This document shows positions 9,086 to 18,662 of a stretch of DNA of 64,000 nt, one piece after another. How positions within the stretch are numbered: the stretch's first letter is position 1; each line of letters opens with the position of its first letter. A program made the position numbers and the translations under genes. The notes beneath the pieces were generated by a model. It worked only from the letters and a program-made list of their open reading frames with translations. It was not told the DNA's origin and made no database searches. Source of the stretch: a virus; IMG/VR virus record IMGVR_UViG_3300037493_003022, positions 32,001 to 96,000 of that record; one strand, written 5' to 3'.

Positions 9086-11788
9086 TCAACCAAAAGATAC
9101 TTCGGAGTTTTGAGAGAACGCGGATTTGATCTTCTCAACTACGTTGCTAGCGATCTTCTCGAAGTCCCCATTTCCACGGGCGTCTACGTTAACAGTGACA
9201 TCCCCAACTCGAGTCACCTGCTTATCAGGACCAAAACCCTTCAGTGGTTTCGGAGCGGTCTGAGGAGCTGGTGCCCCATAGATGGAAGGGTTCACACCCG
9301 GAGGACCAGCTTCGGGGAGGCGACCACTTCTAGACCACTCTTTTTGAGCCTCTGTGGAATTTGGATCTCTCAAATACTGCTGCTTCATATACTCAATCAT
9401 AGCAGCACTGCTACCTGTGTTAACTCCTACCACCTGAGCCCTAACATTCTCTGGGCTGAGCGAATTTAGATTCAGAGTTCTACTCTTTATTATGGCTAAC
9501 CCTGCGTTGAACTCTTCATTGGTTATGATATTTAACGCCGATTTAAGATAAAGAAGCATATAGTCAACGGCTTGGGTGAATCCAAACTTCATAGTCAGCC
9601 ACACATTTTCGAATGATAGCTGAATAATCATGGCTGCATTCTGCATGGCTTCATAAAATTTCGGGCTGCTCAACATCGCCATGGCTCCAATTACAAGCCC
9701 GATAATTAAATAGACTTCCCACATCGCGGCTACTTGTGCGGCGGCAGCAAACATCGCTTTCCCGGCAACCCAAAGCCATTTCAAACCTAGGGCAGAAAGA
9801 ACAACTGCGGTCATGTAGCCAATAGCATACCCGAGCATTTTGTAGTTATCGACTAGCATGGAGAAATCTTCTCCGTGCAGAAGACTAAACATAAACGAAA
9901 ATGCCTTAATTAAAAGCTGAACTGGTATCAAAACAATGGCAATAAGGTTGCCTAATATTTTCAATCCATCCGTAAATCCCTTAAAGAAACCTCCAAAAAT
10001 AAGCTCTAGTTTCTTCTTTGTTTGAACGAAGAAAACTACAATTCCTAAAAGTCCTCTCTTATCAAGGTCGGCTTTCAATTGCTTGCTCTTTGGTCCGCCC
10101 TTTCCAGACCACCATTCGGAAATGCCCCTTAGAACTAATCCGATACTGGTGAAGGACTCCATCAATTGAGATTTAAGAGAGCCTGTTCTTCCTTCCGCTG
10201 AATCTGCAAAAGAGTTGTAGGCTAGATAAAAGAGTCCGAACACGCCTATGAGCTTCAAGAAAGGTAGTAGAGCTGCTTTTGTGGCTACTCCGAATGCAGC
10301 CATCCCTGCGGCTGACCCAGTTGAGACAGCTCCGATGCCTGCGATAACAGGCATGAGGAATGACATAACTCCAGCAATAGCACCCATGGTCAATGACAGG
10401 GTTCCTCCGACAATCAATAGAGCAGCGAACCCTACAACTAGATAACCTATAGCTTTTGCCATCATTGGATTCTGTTTAAGGAATTCAGTGAATGACTTCG
10501 TAATCTTTGTTAACTTTTGAATGATTGGAACAAAGATAGCCATAATAGGCGCCCCAAGGGCGATCCTCATGGAGTCAACAGCAGCCTCAAAAGTCCTCTG
10601 AATACCTTCGGGGGTCTGCTCCATAAGTCTCGCAGCCCACGCGACTTCCCCATTCGCCGCATGCACCTCCTGACCGAGAGACTGGTATGATTTTCCAAGC
10701 TTCTTCATACCTTCGTTGTATCTCTCAAGGATAGCCATACCTGTCCCACCTAAGGTGGCGAACACAGACTGAGCTGTTTCTCTTCTAGTCTTCTCATCCA
10801 TTTTACTTAAAGAAAAAGACATATCTTTCAAAATAGCAGGAACTTCTCTAGCTTTTTTTGTTATCGGATCAAAGATGTCAACCCCTAATTTAGAGGCTCC
10901 CTGGATAAAGCGGGTTGTGTCAGGGTCGTGGGCACCCTTAAACAAAGCTTCCTCGTAGGAAATACTATTTTTATCCGCATAATGCTGAACCCTAGCGCTT
11001 ATATCTGTGAATCTTGAAATGATAGCATTGACAGTTTGTCCAGCGGCTCTCTCGCTCATAGTGGCGCGGAAGATACCGCCCATTGCTATCATGTCATGAA
11101 ATTCTAAATTAGCTTTTGCTGCTGCGGCTCTTGTAGAAGATATAAACCCAAACATTTCGGGAAGTTCAAAAGCGGTTACGTTAACGGCTTTTACCATCTC
11201 GTCAGCAGTCTTACGAATATCTTCGTGTGGAAAAGATGACGCCAAGCTTCCCAAAAGTCGAGAAGCATCCTCTGGTTTTATTTCTCCAAAAGAAGCTGCA
11301 AGGAGATCTTTCAAGACCGGGGCCATCTTTATGCCCTCTTCCATGCTTCCCATGAAGTTAGCAAGACGGCCAATACCTTTAGCCATCTCTGTAGGACTAA
11401 ACATTGAACCACTAGATAGTTCTTCGCTGGTCTTTCTTACCTTCTCCATATCGGAAGCAGAGGCGTGAGTGAACATCTTAACTTGAGCTAGTGCGGATTC
11501 GTACCTCTTGGCTGCTTCGTAAGAAGGTTTGATAACTCCATCTACGATAGCTCTCCCAGCAAATACAGAAGCCATGCCTACGGTAGACATGGCCATAGAG
11601 ATACCGCGGAGTTGTGATTCGAGATTTCTAAAACCTCGATTCACATTCGTGCTCATACTCCCGGCACGCATTTCGATCCGCTGGAGAGCCCTCTCGGCTT
11701 GCTGTCCACCTTGGACGACCTGACGAGCATCCAGAACGAGCCGGATGCCCATCATCATTTGACCACCGACGACTGAACTCAGCCCCAT
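9086..11788 (-). CDS. Tape measure protein
   Basis: 900 aa, helical; TP901-type core (YESALAQVK...FSPTEMA); C-terminal hydrophobic segments; downstream of the chaperones. Confidence 0.9.
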   Translation of the reverse strand: MGLSSVVGGQMMMGIRLVLDARQVVQGGQQAERALQRIEMRAGSMSTNVNRGFRNLESQLRGISMAMSTVGMASVFAGRAIVDGVIKPSYEAAKRYESALAQVKMFTHASASDMEKVRKTSEELSSGSMFSPTEMAKGIGRLANFMGSMEEGIKMAPVLKDLLAASFGEIKPEDASRLLGSLASSFPHEDIRKTADEMVKAVNVTAFELPEMFGFISSTRAAAAKANLEFHDMIAMGGIFRATMSERAAGQTVNAIISRFTDISARVQHYADKNSISYEEALFKGAHDPDTTRFIQGASKLGVDIFDPITKKAREVPAILKDMSFSLSKMDEKTRRETAQSVFATLGGTGMAILERYNEGMKKLGKSYQSLGQEVHAANGEVAWAARLMEQTPEGIQRTFEAAVDSMRIALGAPIMAIFVPIIQKLTKITKSFTEFLKQNPMMAKAIGYLVVGFAALLIVGGTLSLTMGAIAGVMSFLMPVIAGIGAVSTGSAAGMAAFGVATKAALLPFLKLIGVFGLFYLAYNSFADSAEGRTGSLKSQLMESFTSIGLVLRGISEWWSGKGGPKSKQLKADLDKRGLLGIVVFFVQTKKKLELIFGGFFKGFTDGLKILGNLIAIVLIPVQLLIKAFSFMFSLLHGEDFSMLVDNYKMLGYAIGYMTAVVLSALGLKWLWVAGKAMFAAAAQVAAMWEVYLIIGLVIGAMAMLSSPKFYEAMQNAAMIIQLSFENVWLTMKFGFTQAVDYMLLYLKSALNIITNEEFNAGLAIIKSRTLNLNSLSPENVRAQVVGVNTGSSAAMIEYMKQQYLRDPNSTEAQKEWSRSGRLPEAGPPGVNPSIYGAPAPQTAPKPLKGFGPDKQVTRVGDVTVNVDARGNGDFEKIASNVVEKIKSAFSQNSEVSFG

Positions 11789-11970
11789 GAGGTCTTTCCG
11801 CTACCTTTCTCGATGTCTTCTACGATCAACTTCACGTATTCATCACGCTCAGTTGAGGGGAGGCGCAAGATGTCGATCTCCGACCAATGATAATTGGAAG
11901 CAATCAGGTGAATCTGCTTCCTCAAATTGGTCAGGAGTCTTTCCCTTTCTTGCGCCGCCCACCGAAAAAA
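11779..11970 (-). CDS. Frameshift extension of the tail assembly chaperone (gpT/gpE'-like)
   Basis: IHLIASNYHWSEIDILRLPSTERDEY motif in the -1 frame overlapping the end of the chaperone gene; slippery T TTT TTC at 11964-11970. Confidence 0.75.
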   Translation of the reverse strand, partial: FFRWAAQERERLLTNLRKQIHLIASNYHWSEIDILRLPSTERDEYVKLIVEDIEKGSGKTSWG

Positions 11971-12737
11971 GCGGATAAGTCCGCTCGAACATCGTAATGA
12001 CGACCACAATCACACTTTACTTCTTTCCACGGATGTAGACCAGGGAACTCGTTTTGGATGGTGGCCATAATGGACTCTCTATCTCGAGACTTCAGTCTCT
12101 TGACCTGATCTTTGCTGACGGAAGACAGAGTTCCGATCTGCTTAATGCACGAGCACATAAGCGAGTCAATCGCTTCGATTGGGTTGTCGATTTCCCCTGA
12201 CAGCTCTTGAATTTTGCCTCTCGGGAAAACCAGAGTGCCGTTCTTGTGATAGACCCTCTGGTCACCCTTCATTTCGAGAAGACCAACTTCAAGTTCGAAG
12301 TCCAGCTCACAGGGAGCATCTTCATCCCACTCGACGACATCCAGATCGACGATTCGAGTCTGCTCTTCGTAGATCCGGCCGCATCGGGGGCATTCCCCTG
12401 CGAGCATGATCTGGTCTCTCCCGCTGAGCATGTAAACCCTGGAGAGAAGGTAATCGCGATCGGGACCGTACATCTGTTGAACAATATGGTTGCTCAACAG
12501 AGACTCCGGGTTTTTCTTCATAGGAACTGCGCCGACGATCTCTTGGATTGTTCTGCAAAGAACAAGGGAGGTGGCCTTTGCGGTATTCTTCCCTACTTTT
12601 TTGCTAACTACAAGGTGATCGTCGATACCTGTAAGCTCATCGATGATGACATCGCGGTATCTCACGCCATCAACCTCATATCCGATTGGCAACCGGACAT
12701 GATCACTAGCTTCGACTTCTTTGATATTTTCGTCCAT
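11931..12737 (-). CDS. Tail assembly chaperone
   Basis: LPIGY...ELTG.D...DRDYLL...CPRCG...L...DR...CDCG...FF; lies between tube and tape measure. Confidence 0.8.
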   Translation of the reverse strand: MDENIKEVEASDHVRLPIGYEVDGVRYRDVIIDELTGIDDHLVVSKKVGKNTAKATSLVLCRTIQEIVGAVPMKKNPESLLSNHIVQQMYGPDRDYLLSRVYMLSGRDQIMLAGECPRCGRIYEEQTRIVDLDVVEWDEDAPCELDFELEVGLLEMKGDQRVYHKNGTLVFPRGKIQELSGEIDNPIEAIDSLMCSCIKQIGTLSSVSKDQVKRLKSRDRESIMATIQNEFPGLHPWKEVKCDCGRHYDVRADLSAFFGGRRKKGKDS

Positions 12738-12815
12738 AGCGTTTTTCCTTCTGTATCTGGTGGTTGGCGTGGTTGCCAGAGGTAAGCTTAACGAATCTGG
12801 AGGGAAAAAGCTAGG

Positions 12816-13292
12816 TCAGTCGATGGCTAGGTTGATAACTTCCCAACCTTCGTTGGCGAGTACCATAGTTTCGATCTCAACATCATTTGCATTCGCGTCG
12901 AGATCACCAACTTTGAACTCTTTCGGCCAGGCCCGCTTGATGTTCCACTGCTTTACGCGATTGCCTGCTTTGTCCTTCAGGTAGACGGTGAGGTCTTTCC
13001 TGAAGTTGTCGTTCGGGGGCTGTACGCCCTTCGTGGAGAACACGTTGAAGATCAACTGCCGCCACTGAACGAACTCCTCGTCACGAGAGATGCCTCGTTC
13101 GAGTGTGATGTCGCCAAACTTCGTCTGGCCGGGCAGGTGATGAGGAGTCTCGTTCTCGCCACCCTCGCGATACTCGATGTCTTCCGTCGTCTCCGAGAAA
13201 CCGGAAATTTTGGAAAACCCTGCCCGAACGAAAGCTTCGCACTCAACCTCGAACTTGAAGCTGCGATACGGATCTTGCCAGCTAGTAGCCAT
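12816..13292 (-). CDS. Tail tube protein (T4 gp19-like)
   Basis: DPYRSFKFEVE...GFSKISG...IEYREGG...PGQTKFGDITLERG...W...AWP...LDA. Confidence 0.95.
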   Translation of the reverse strand: MATSWQDPYRSFKFEVECEAFVRAGFSKISGFSETTEDIEYREGGENETPHHLPGQTKFGDITLERGISRDEEFVQWRQLIFNVFSTKGVQPPNDNFRKDLTVYLKDKAGNRVKQWNIKRAWPKEFKVGDLDANANDVEIETMVLANEGWEVINLAID

Positions 13293-13305
13293 AGGACTCC
13301 TCCTG

Positions 13306-15756
13306 TTACTCGGTTAAATCCGACCCACCCGTGTACTGGGAGAATTGGAATTCGATGAACTCTGCCGATTTCTGTGGCTTCATACCAACCTTTGCCTTCG
13401 TGTAACCGCCGTCAATATCCGCCTGGTCCATGGTACCATCGGGAACGCCGCAAAGGACGTAGTAGGCATCCGAAGCCTTATCGGCCGGGAAGGCTCCCGC
13501 TGACAAGTACGTCCCTAGGAACGAGAGAACCCGGTTCTTGAGCTTGGTCCAGGTCTTCTGCTCGTTGTTGCGGAAAACCGCCCAGCGAGTGGAGTCAACG
13601 ATCGACTTCTCGAAGAACTGGAACTGACGACGAGTGGGGATGTACCGGAACTTCTGATCCGCAGAAGCATCCAGCGTGCGAGCTCCCCACACCGTCACGA
13701 GAGAGGTCTTCGTGAACTTCCTCATGACGTTGATGTGAGCATCGTTCATGAGACCGTGCTCCTCGTTGGTGAACACGTCCACGACATCCAGAGCCGTCTG
13801 GAGAGTGCCGTAGTCGCCTTCACCGGCCGGTGCATTCCAGGGGCCGCCGTTCGGAGCAGACAGGTTGTCCACTCGAGAGCGAAGACCTAGGAGAGCGCCA
13901 ACGCCCGAGAGGGACTTCTTGGGGGTGCTGCTGAGGCCCAGGGGATCGATGACCTTCACACCACCTGCGTACAGAGTCGCGTAGGAGCTGTTCACGCCCA
14001 GGGTGGTCTCACGGTAGATGACGTTTGCCGAGGAGGAAGCCCCGAGAGTGCAGTAGCCCACGTACTCGAACCACATCCGGTTTTTGGCGTAGAGAGCTGC
14101 GGAATGGAAAACGCGGTAGTCGTTCGTTCCGACTGTCGCGAACGCGAGCATCTCCGTCAGCTCATCCATCGCGAAAAGACCCGTTTTTCCAACCGAAGAG
14201 CCAACCCAGTCGGTGTACGCGAGGCCCGCGATTTCCGACGTTCCGCCCGTGAGAGCAGTTGCGAGGACTGCGGCCGGAATATCTGCGCCATCACCGCAAA
14301 CAGCGTCGAGATCGGTCACGTAAACGTAAGCCGAGCCCGTGGCTTCGTCGTTCACGATCGCTTCGAAGTAGTTGACCGCGGAGTCATACGTCGAGAGACC
14401 GTCCCAGGACTCAACAAGAACGCCATCGAGGTAGATGTCGAGATCGAATTCACACGACTCGACCGTGGTGGCGGCGACGAGATAGTTGTTCACCATCTGT
14501 CCAGTCAGCTCGATTACGAAAGAAGGGACGCCATTCGTTACCACCGTGTTAACTTTGGCGACGATCTTGTACTCGGTGTTGATACCATCCGTGATCTTCA
14601 GAACAGACCCGGCATTCAAACCACGAGGACTGGAGAGGTGCAGATGGTCATCAGTCGAAGCTATGGCAACGGTCAATTCGCTACCGGCTACGGCTGACGG
14701 GTGGAACGGAGTCTGCGTAACAGCAACCTTCAGGCGATTGCCGTACACGCCGGGGTTTTTCGTTCCCCGGTAACCAGACTCCACCTTGATGGTGTTGTAA
14801 GTCGTACCAGCCGCAGTACCCGTGATCGTCTCATCGGCAAAACCAAACAGCGCGTTTGCAGTACCCGTTCCAAAATTGAGTGTGGAAGCCACGCCTGTAG
14901 TCGGAGAGGTCAGAGTGAACGAACCGTTATCGTTCACGGTAACTACTGCAATCTGCAAAGCGGTCAGGTCAACGGCTGTCTTTACTTCCGCTGCGGTAAC
15001 GGCGGCCAGACTAGCTACGTTGCCCGTTCCAGCAACCGCCGCTGCGAAACGAATCGCGCTGGTTCCATCTGTGTAGCCAACGGAGCTGCCCGTTCCCTTT
15101 GAGTCAGAGATAATCTTGACCTGTGTAGTGCTTGCTTCTGCGTGGCAACCGATAGCCTGGGCATTGATCGCGTCGATAACCTGCGCCGCTGTAGTCAGAG
15201 CGCCTAGGGTGATCGTCTGGTTAACGCCACCGTCGATACGAAGAACAAAGTTGCCGGTAAGATCCGCATGGGGATAGGTCGTGGTGTCCGTCCGAGTACC
15301 TGCGGTTCCCAAGAAAGTCGTGACGGTCTCGGCTTCACTATCGGTAGCAAGCGCCAAGGTCAGACCGGAAGTCATGAGAGCAAAAGGACCGACGAGGCTG
15401 GTATGAGCGGCGGCGCTAGCAGCAACGCCCTCCGTGATGAACGTGTTGCTGGCCACGCCACCAACGAAGGAACTCTTGACTCCAACATCGGTATAGTGAG
15501 CCTGGCGGATCGTAATCAGCTCAAAGCCACCTTCGTCGAAGAAGAGCTTCGCCTCATAGGCCATGTCAGAACGAGTCTCGTAGGTTCCGAATATCTTTTT
15601 CCACGAATCGAAGCTACGAGAGCGAATTGGGATACCAACTGGACCTTTTTCGGTTACGCCTAGGAGGCAGCCGTAGCCCAGGGCGGTAGCCCTGATGGGA
15701 CCATCTTGTGAAGAAACTTCTACTGCAACAACGTCTGGAAACGAGTACCGTGCCAT
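13306..15756 (-). CDS. Contractile tail sheath protein
   Basis: GVTEKGPVG...FFDEGG N-terminus; WNAPAG, IN, VWGARTL, YIPTRR, WAVF..N, KP.K.AEFI C-terminus. Confidence 0.95.
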   Translation of the reverse strand: MARYSFPDVVAVEVSSQDGPIRATALGYGCLLGVTEKGPVGIPIRSRSFDSWKKIFGTYETRSDMAYEAKLFFDEGGFELITIRQAHYTDVGVKSSFVGGVASNTFITEGVAASAAAHTSLVGPFALMTSGLTLALATDSEAETVTTFLGTAGTRTDTTTYPHADLTGNFVLRIDGGVNQTITLGALTTAAQVIDAINAQAIGCHAEASTTQVKIISDSKGTGSSVGYTDGTSAIRFAAAVAGTGNVASLAAVTAAEVKTAVDLTALQIAVVTVNDNGSFTLTSPTTGVASTLNFGTGTANALFGFADETITGTAAGTTYNTIKVESGYRGTKNPGVYGNRLKVAVTQTPFHPSAVAGSELTVAIASTDDHLHLSSPRGLNAGSVLKITDGINTEYKIVAKVNTVVTNGVPSFVIELTGQMVNNYLVAATTVESCEFDLDIYLDGVLVESWDGLSTYDSAVNYFEAIVNDEATGSAYVYVTDLDAVCGDGADIPAAVLATALTGGTSEIAGLAYTDWVGSSVGKTGLFAMDELTEMLAFATVGTNDYRVFHSAALYAKNRMWFEYVGYCTLGASSSANVIYRETTLGVNSSYATLYAGGVKVIDPLGLSSTPKKSLSGVGALLGLRSRVDNLSAPNGGPWNAPAGEGDYGTLQTALDVVDVFTNEEHGLMNDAHINVMRKFTKTSLVTVWGARTLDASADQKFRYIPTRRQFQFFEKSIVDSTRWAVFRNNEQKTWTKLKNRVLSFLGTYLSAGAFPADKASDAYYVLCGVPDGTMDQADIDGGYTKAKVGMKPQKSAEFIEFQFSQYTGGSDLTE

Positions 15757-15858
15757 CGTTTCACTCCTTCGCGCTTTGCGCTTGTTGATCCTTCTCCAAA
15801 CCCATGTTTTCTCGCATGTCTATTCTCTGTCTTCTGCGAGCCTGGGAGAAGTACTCCT

Positions 15859-16542
15859 TTAATCATTCAACCTAGTTACGGTCGTGAGGTCGAACTCATA
15901 AGCCGCATCTTTGGTTGACACACCTTCTTCGAATGAATTTACCTCAATTTCGACAGTGCCCACAACTTTGTGTCTGTCGGTCTCATCGTACTCAACGGGT
16001 GCGAGATAGGCGATGACGAGGAGACTCAACGACTTGTGATAAATCATTGTGTCCACGTCTTCTTCGTCAAGAGAAACTAGAGCGCCACTCCAGCTAACCC
16101 AAACGGTTATGTTCTCTCCGTCAATGTTACGGACAGTCATGTACCCGCGAATAGGAGTTCGTCTCAGAAAAGCTTCGAATACTAGATCCCTATCTTCTCC
16201 CGCCATATTTCGATGCCACGTATCCAAAACGTACTGAACTTTATACGCCGTTGGTTTTTGTCGCATTATTCTTTCGGCGGGACTAGGAACTACATCGACA
16301 GATAGCTCTTCCTCATCATCGTCGTCACAGTGCTGCAAATTGGCGAAATCTGGAGTCATGTTAGCGAACAGAATAGAGATAGATGGAAAGGTTCTTTCTG
16401 TAGTCTGCTCTGTATTTGGTCTCTCTATGAAAACCTCAACAGGAGTCAACGTAGAATTAGGTCCGACTGGGATGCGCAGACCTGAATACCTACTAACAAA
16501 GGCTTCGTCTATCAACTTCAGAGTAGTAGCTTGTGTCGGCAT
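15859..16542 (-). CDS. Tail terminator/sheath-stabiliser-like protein
   Basis: FPSISI...Y..QY.LD pattern; position upstream of the sheath. Confidence 0.6.
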   Translation of the reverse strand: MPTQATTLKLIDEAFVSRYSGLRIPVGPNSTLTPVEVFIERPNTEQTTERTFPSISILFANMTPDFANLQHCDDDDEEELSVDVVPSPAERIMRQKPTAYKVQYVLDTWHRNMAGEDRDLVFEAFLRRTPIRGYMTVRNIDGENITVWVSWSGALVSLDEEDVDTMIYHKSLSLLVIAYLAPVEYDETDRHKVVGTVEIEVNSFEEGVSTKDAAYEFDLTTVTRLND

Positions 16543-16553
16543 CCCCTTCCTCC

Positions 16554-17054
16554 TTAAAATACTTTCATGCGAATGTCAGAAAACTCCAACAGTCTCTGGA
16601 ATTGGTCTGTTTGAAACATCTCTTCAAACACGACTCTCCACAATGGCCTAGGAGGAATTCTACCTTCTTCTGTATCAACTCCGTACTCCAACCACTTAGC
16701 TATCTGCTCATACGACGTATTTGTGCGTTTAGAAACACCTGTCGGTCGTATGACTAACTCAAATTGGTACTTGCCTATCTGAGCCATATCCCAGTTGATT
16801 CCTTTTTTGTAATCCTTTGACTCCACATAGATTACATCATGGCCTTTCAACTTTATTGTTTTTGCTGCTAGTGGTTGCCAAGGAAGGTCTTGTGCATCGA
16901 TATGACCAACAAGAAGGCTAGTAACTTTACGTCCAAGTGCATCTAGTCTATCGAGACATTTGTCTTCGTAGTTGAACTTCAGATCCATGAAATACGCATC
17001 CCATAGATCCCAGTCCCCATAGAAGTAGATGTACTTAGAACGACTTCGACTCAT
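16554..17054 (-). CDS. Neck/tail-completion protein (HK97 gp10/virion morphogenesis-like)
   Basis: WQPLAAKTIKLKG...IAKWLEYG...IPPRPLWR. Confidence 0.75.
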   Translation of the reverse strand: MSRSRSKYIYFYGDWDLWDAYFMDLKFNYEDKCLDRLDALGRKVTSLLVGHIDAQDLPWQPLAAKTIKLKGHDVIYVESKDYKKGINWDMAQIGKYQFELVIRPTGVSKRTNTSYEQIAKWLEYGVDTEEGRIPPRPLWRVVFEEMFQTDQFQRLLEFSDIRMKVF

Positions 17055-17476
17055 GGGTCACGATGGCCCTGGATCGTATTGGCGAGAACTACCACCATGA
17101 GGAAATGCGTAGACACTTGTCCTGTAGCTTGTACTTTTTCAATTTTGTATCTGCGGTTAAACCAAGCCACCTCACCATCGGTCGATACCCACTCTCCGTC
17201 AGCAGCAGAAGGAAAGCGCCGGATAAGTTCTCTCCTGGAGAACAGGAAAGCAACTTCATAGCGTTCTCCGTTTCCAATAACGGAAATCTGTTCAGGAGTG
17301 GGTCTGTGGATAGCTCTTCCGCGTATCGTAACTGGTGTTCCGAAGGTCTTTGTTCTTTGTTTGTAGATGTCTACGGTATCGCTCACATACGGATGGTAAA
17401 CGATAGCGGTACTTCTGAACTCGTTAGTCAGTAGTTCGTCGAGCCGTGCGTCGATTGCTGACTCTTGTGAACTCAT
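17051..17476 (-). CDS. Head closure/stopper-like protein
   Basis: Beta-rich 141 aa; ATGA-coupled on both sides; neck position. Confidence 0.55.
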   Translation of the reverse strand: MSSQESAIDARLDELLTNEFRSTAIVYHPYVSDTVDIYKQRTKTFGTPVTIRGRAIHRPTPEQISVIGNGERYEVAFLFSRRELIRRFPSAADGEWVSTDGEVAWFNRRYKIEKVQATGQVSTHFLMVVVLANTIQGHRDP

Positions 17477-18246
17477 ACTACTACCGCCGTCACGATGTTG
17501 CTATTCGAGGACAAAACATTTCTGTCGTAAACTCTGATTCGATAATAGTACGTTCCGACTGCCAGATCTTCATCTATGTATTCGGCTGTGTGGTTATCGG
17601 AAATCAGAGCTATCCTTGTCTCGTCTAGCATTGACGCCAGTAGACCTCTGTAAACCTCGTAACAAGAGAAGGTCTCGTCGTACAGAGGAGTCCATGCGAG
17701 TTCTACGTTGCGCACGTCAAGCAACCTGGAAAGAACAACTGCGTCAGGGCCGTTGTCGAGAACACGTCTCTTCCACCCACCTGTGGTCAAAGAGATCCTC
17801 TTCAGGATGCCAGTCTCGATCTCCTGAGAGGTTTCTGTCCCGGCGTTTTTTAGTTCCCCGTCGTACTCATCCTGAAGATCCCTGGCGAGTTTGAGCCAGG
17901 TGTCTGCAGTAGACTCCGAGGTAGCTGCGGGGTACTCAACGTGAAGGTCTGGAACTTGAATTCGAGAAAAGTCTGGATTAGCTCCTCCAGAACCCATCGA
18001 TTCTTCTTCCAGATCGTGAGACGCCCTCATATGGCACATCTCGATTGTAGCAAGCTTCACGATTAAGAAAACGCGCCTAGTAGGAACGTCATCTACGACC
18101 GCGTAGTCTTGGTTCCAATCCGTATTGTACTTTTGGAGGGCGAAGTCGATGGCATCTTCGTAATAGCCGTCCTCGAAGACTCTTGTCTCTCCGAAATCAG
18201 CTATTCTACGACGCACCTTGTCGATGATTTGAGATACAGTGGCCAC
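17473..18246 (-). CDS. Head-tail adaptor with a C-terminal fibronectin-III-like domain
   Basis: VRRRIAD N-terminus; C-terminal VELAW...YEVYR...YID......YYYRIRVYD.N..SSNSN. Confidence 0.7.
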   Translation of the reverse strand: MATVSQIIDKVRRRIADFGETRVFEDGYYEDAIDFALQKYNTDWNQDYAVVDDVPTRRVFLIVKLATIEMCHMRASHDLEEESMGSGGANPDFSRIQVPDLHVEYPAATSESTADTWLKLARDLQDEYDGELKNAGTETSQEIETGILKRISLTTGGWKRRVLDNGPDAVVLSRLLDVRNVELAWTPLYDETFSCYEVYRGLLASMLDETRIALISDNHTAEYIDEDLAVGTYYYRIRVYDRNVLSSNSNIVTAVVV

Positions 18247-18252
18247 ACTCGA

Positions 18253-18582
18253 TTACTCCACAAGTCCGTGAGCCCTCAGATGGGCAATAACGTCCTTTGT
18301 ATCCAAGATCGTTTTGCCAACCTTCAGTTCGATCCACTTGCCAACAAACTTTTTGCAAGTTTTCAAGGCTTTTGCAGAGGCTAGATTCTCAGAAATCGCT
18401 GTTGGCAATGCAATCTTTGCTTCTTTTGAAGGAACAATTTTTACAGGCTCAATTACGATCTCTGGTTCTGGTTCCGGAAACTCTTCTACGAGTTCGTCGC
18501 TCATCGGAGTTTCATACGCGCTGGCGTCCACGAATTGCTTCTCCAATGTCAAAGACCTCGACAGTTTCTTTCTTACAGCCAT
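18253..18582 (-). CDS. Small head-associated hypothetical protein
   Basis: GAGG RBS; directly downstream of the capsid gene. Confidence 0.6.
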   Translation of the reverse strand: MAVRKKLSRSLTLEKQFVDASAYETPMSDELVEEFPEPEPEIVIEPVKIVPSKEAKIALPTAISENLASAKALKTCKKFVGKWIELKVGKTILDTKDVIAHLRAHGLVE

Positions 18583-18602
18583 GAAACCTCTCTCTGGACT
18601 AA

Positions 18603-18647
18603 ATCCCCTCGAAGAAACTGGAGTAGAAACAGCTCCTCCGAGGGGAT
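18603..18647 (-). terminator. Stem-loop downstream of the major capsid gene
   Basis: ATCCCCTCG...CGAGGGGAT inverted repeat; only a short U-tract follows. Confidence 0.45.
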
Positions 18648-18662
18648 AGCCGTGATCCGAAA

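Noticed and set aside
11939-11947. GGGAAAG (lambda-type slippery sequence) near the chaperone stop
   Set aside because: It is read GGG AAA G, the wrong phase for X XXY YYZ; the T TTT TTC site fits better.
1915-16542. Stand-alone eCIS/tailocin interpretation
   Set aside because: Capsid, scaffold, portal and terminase genes are contiguous with the tail genes, so this is a phage.
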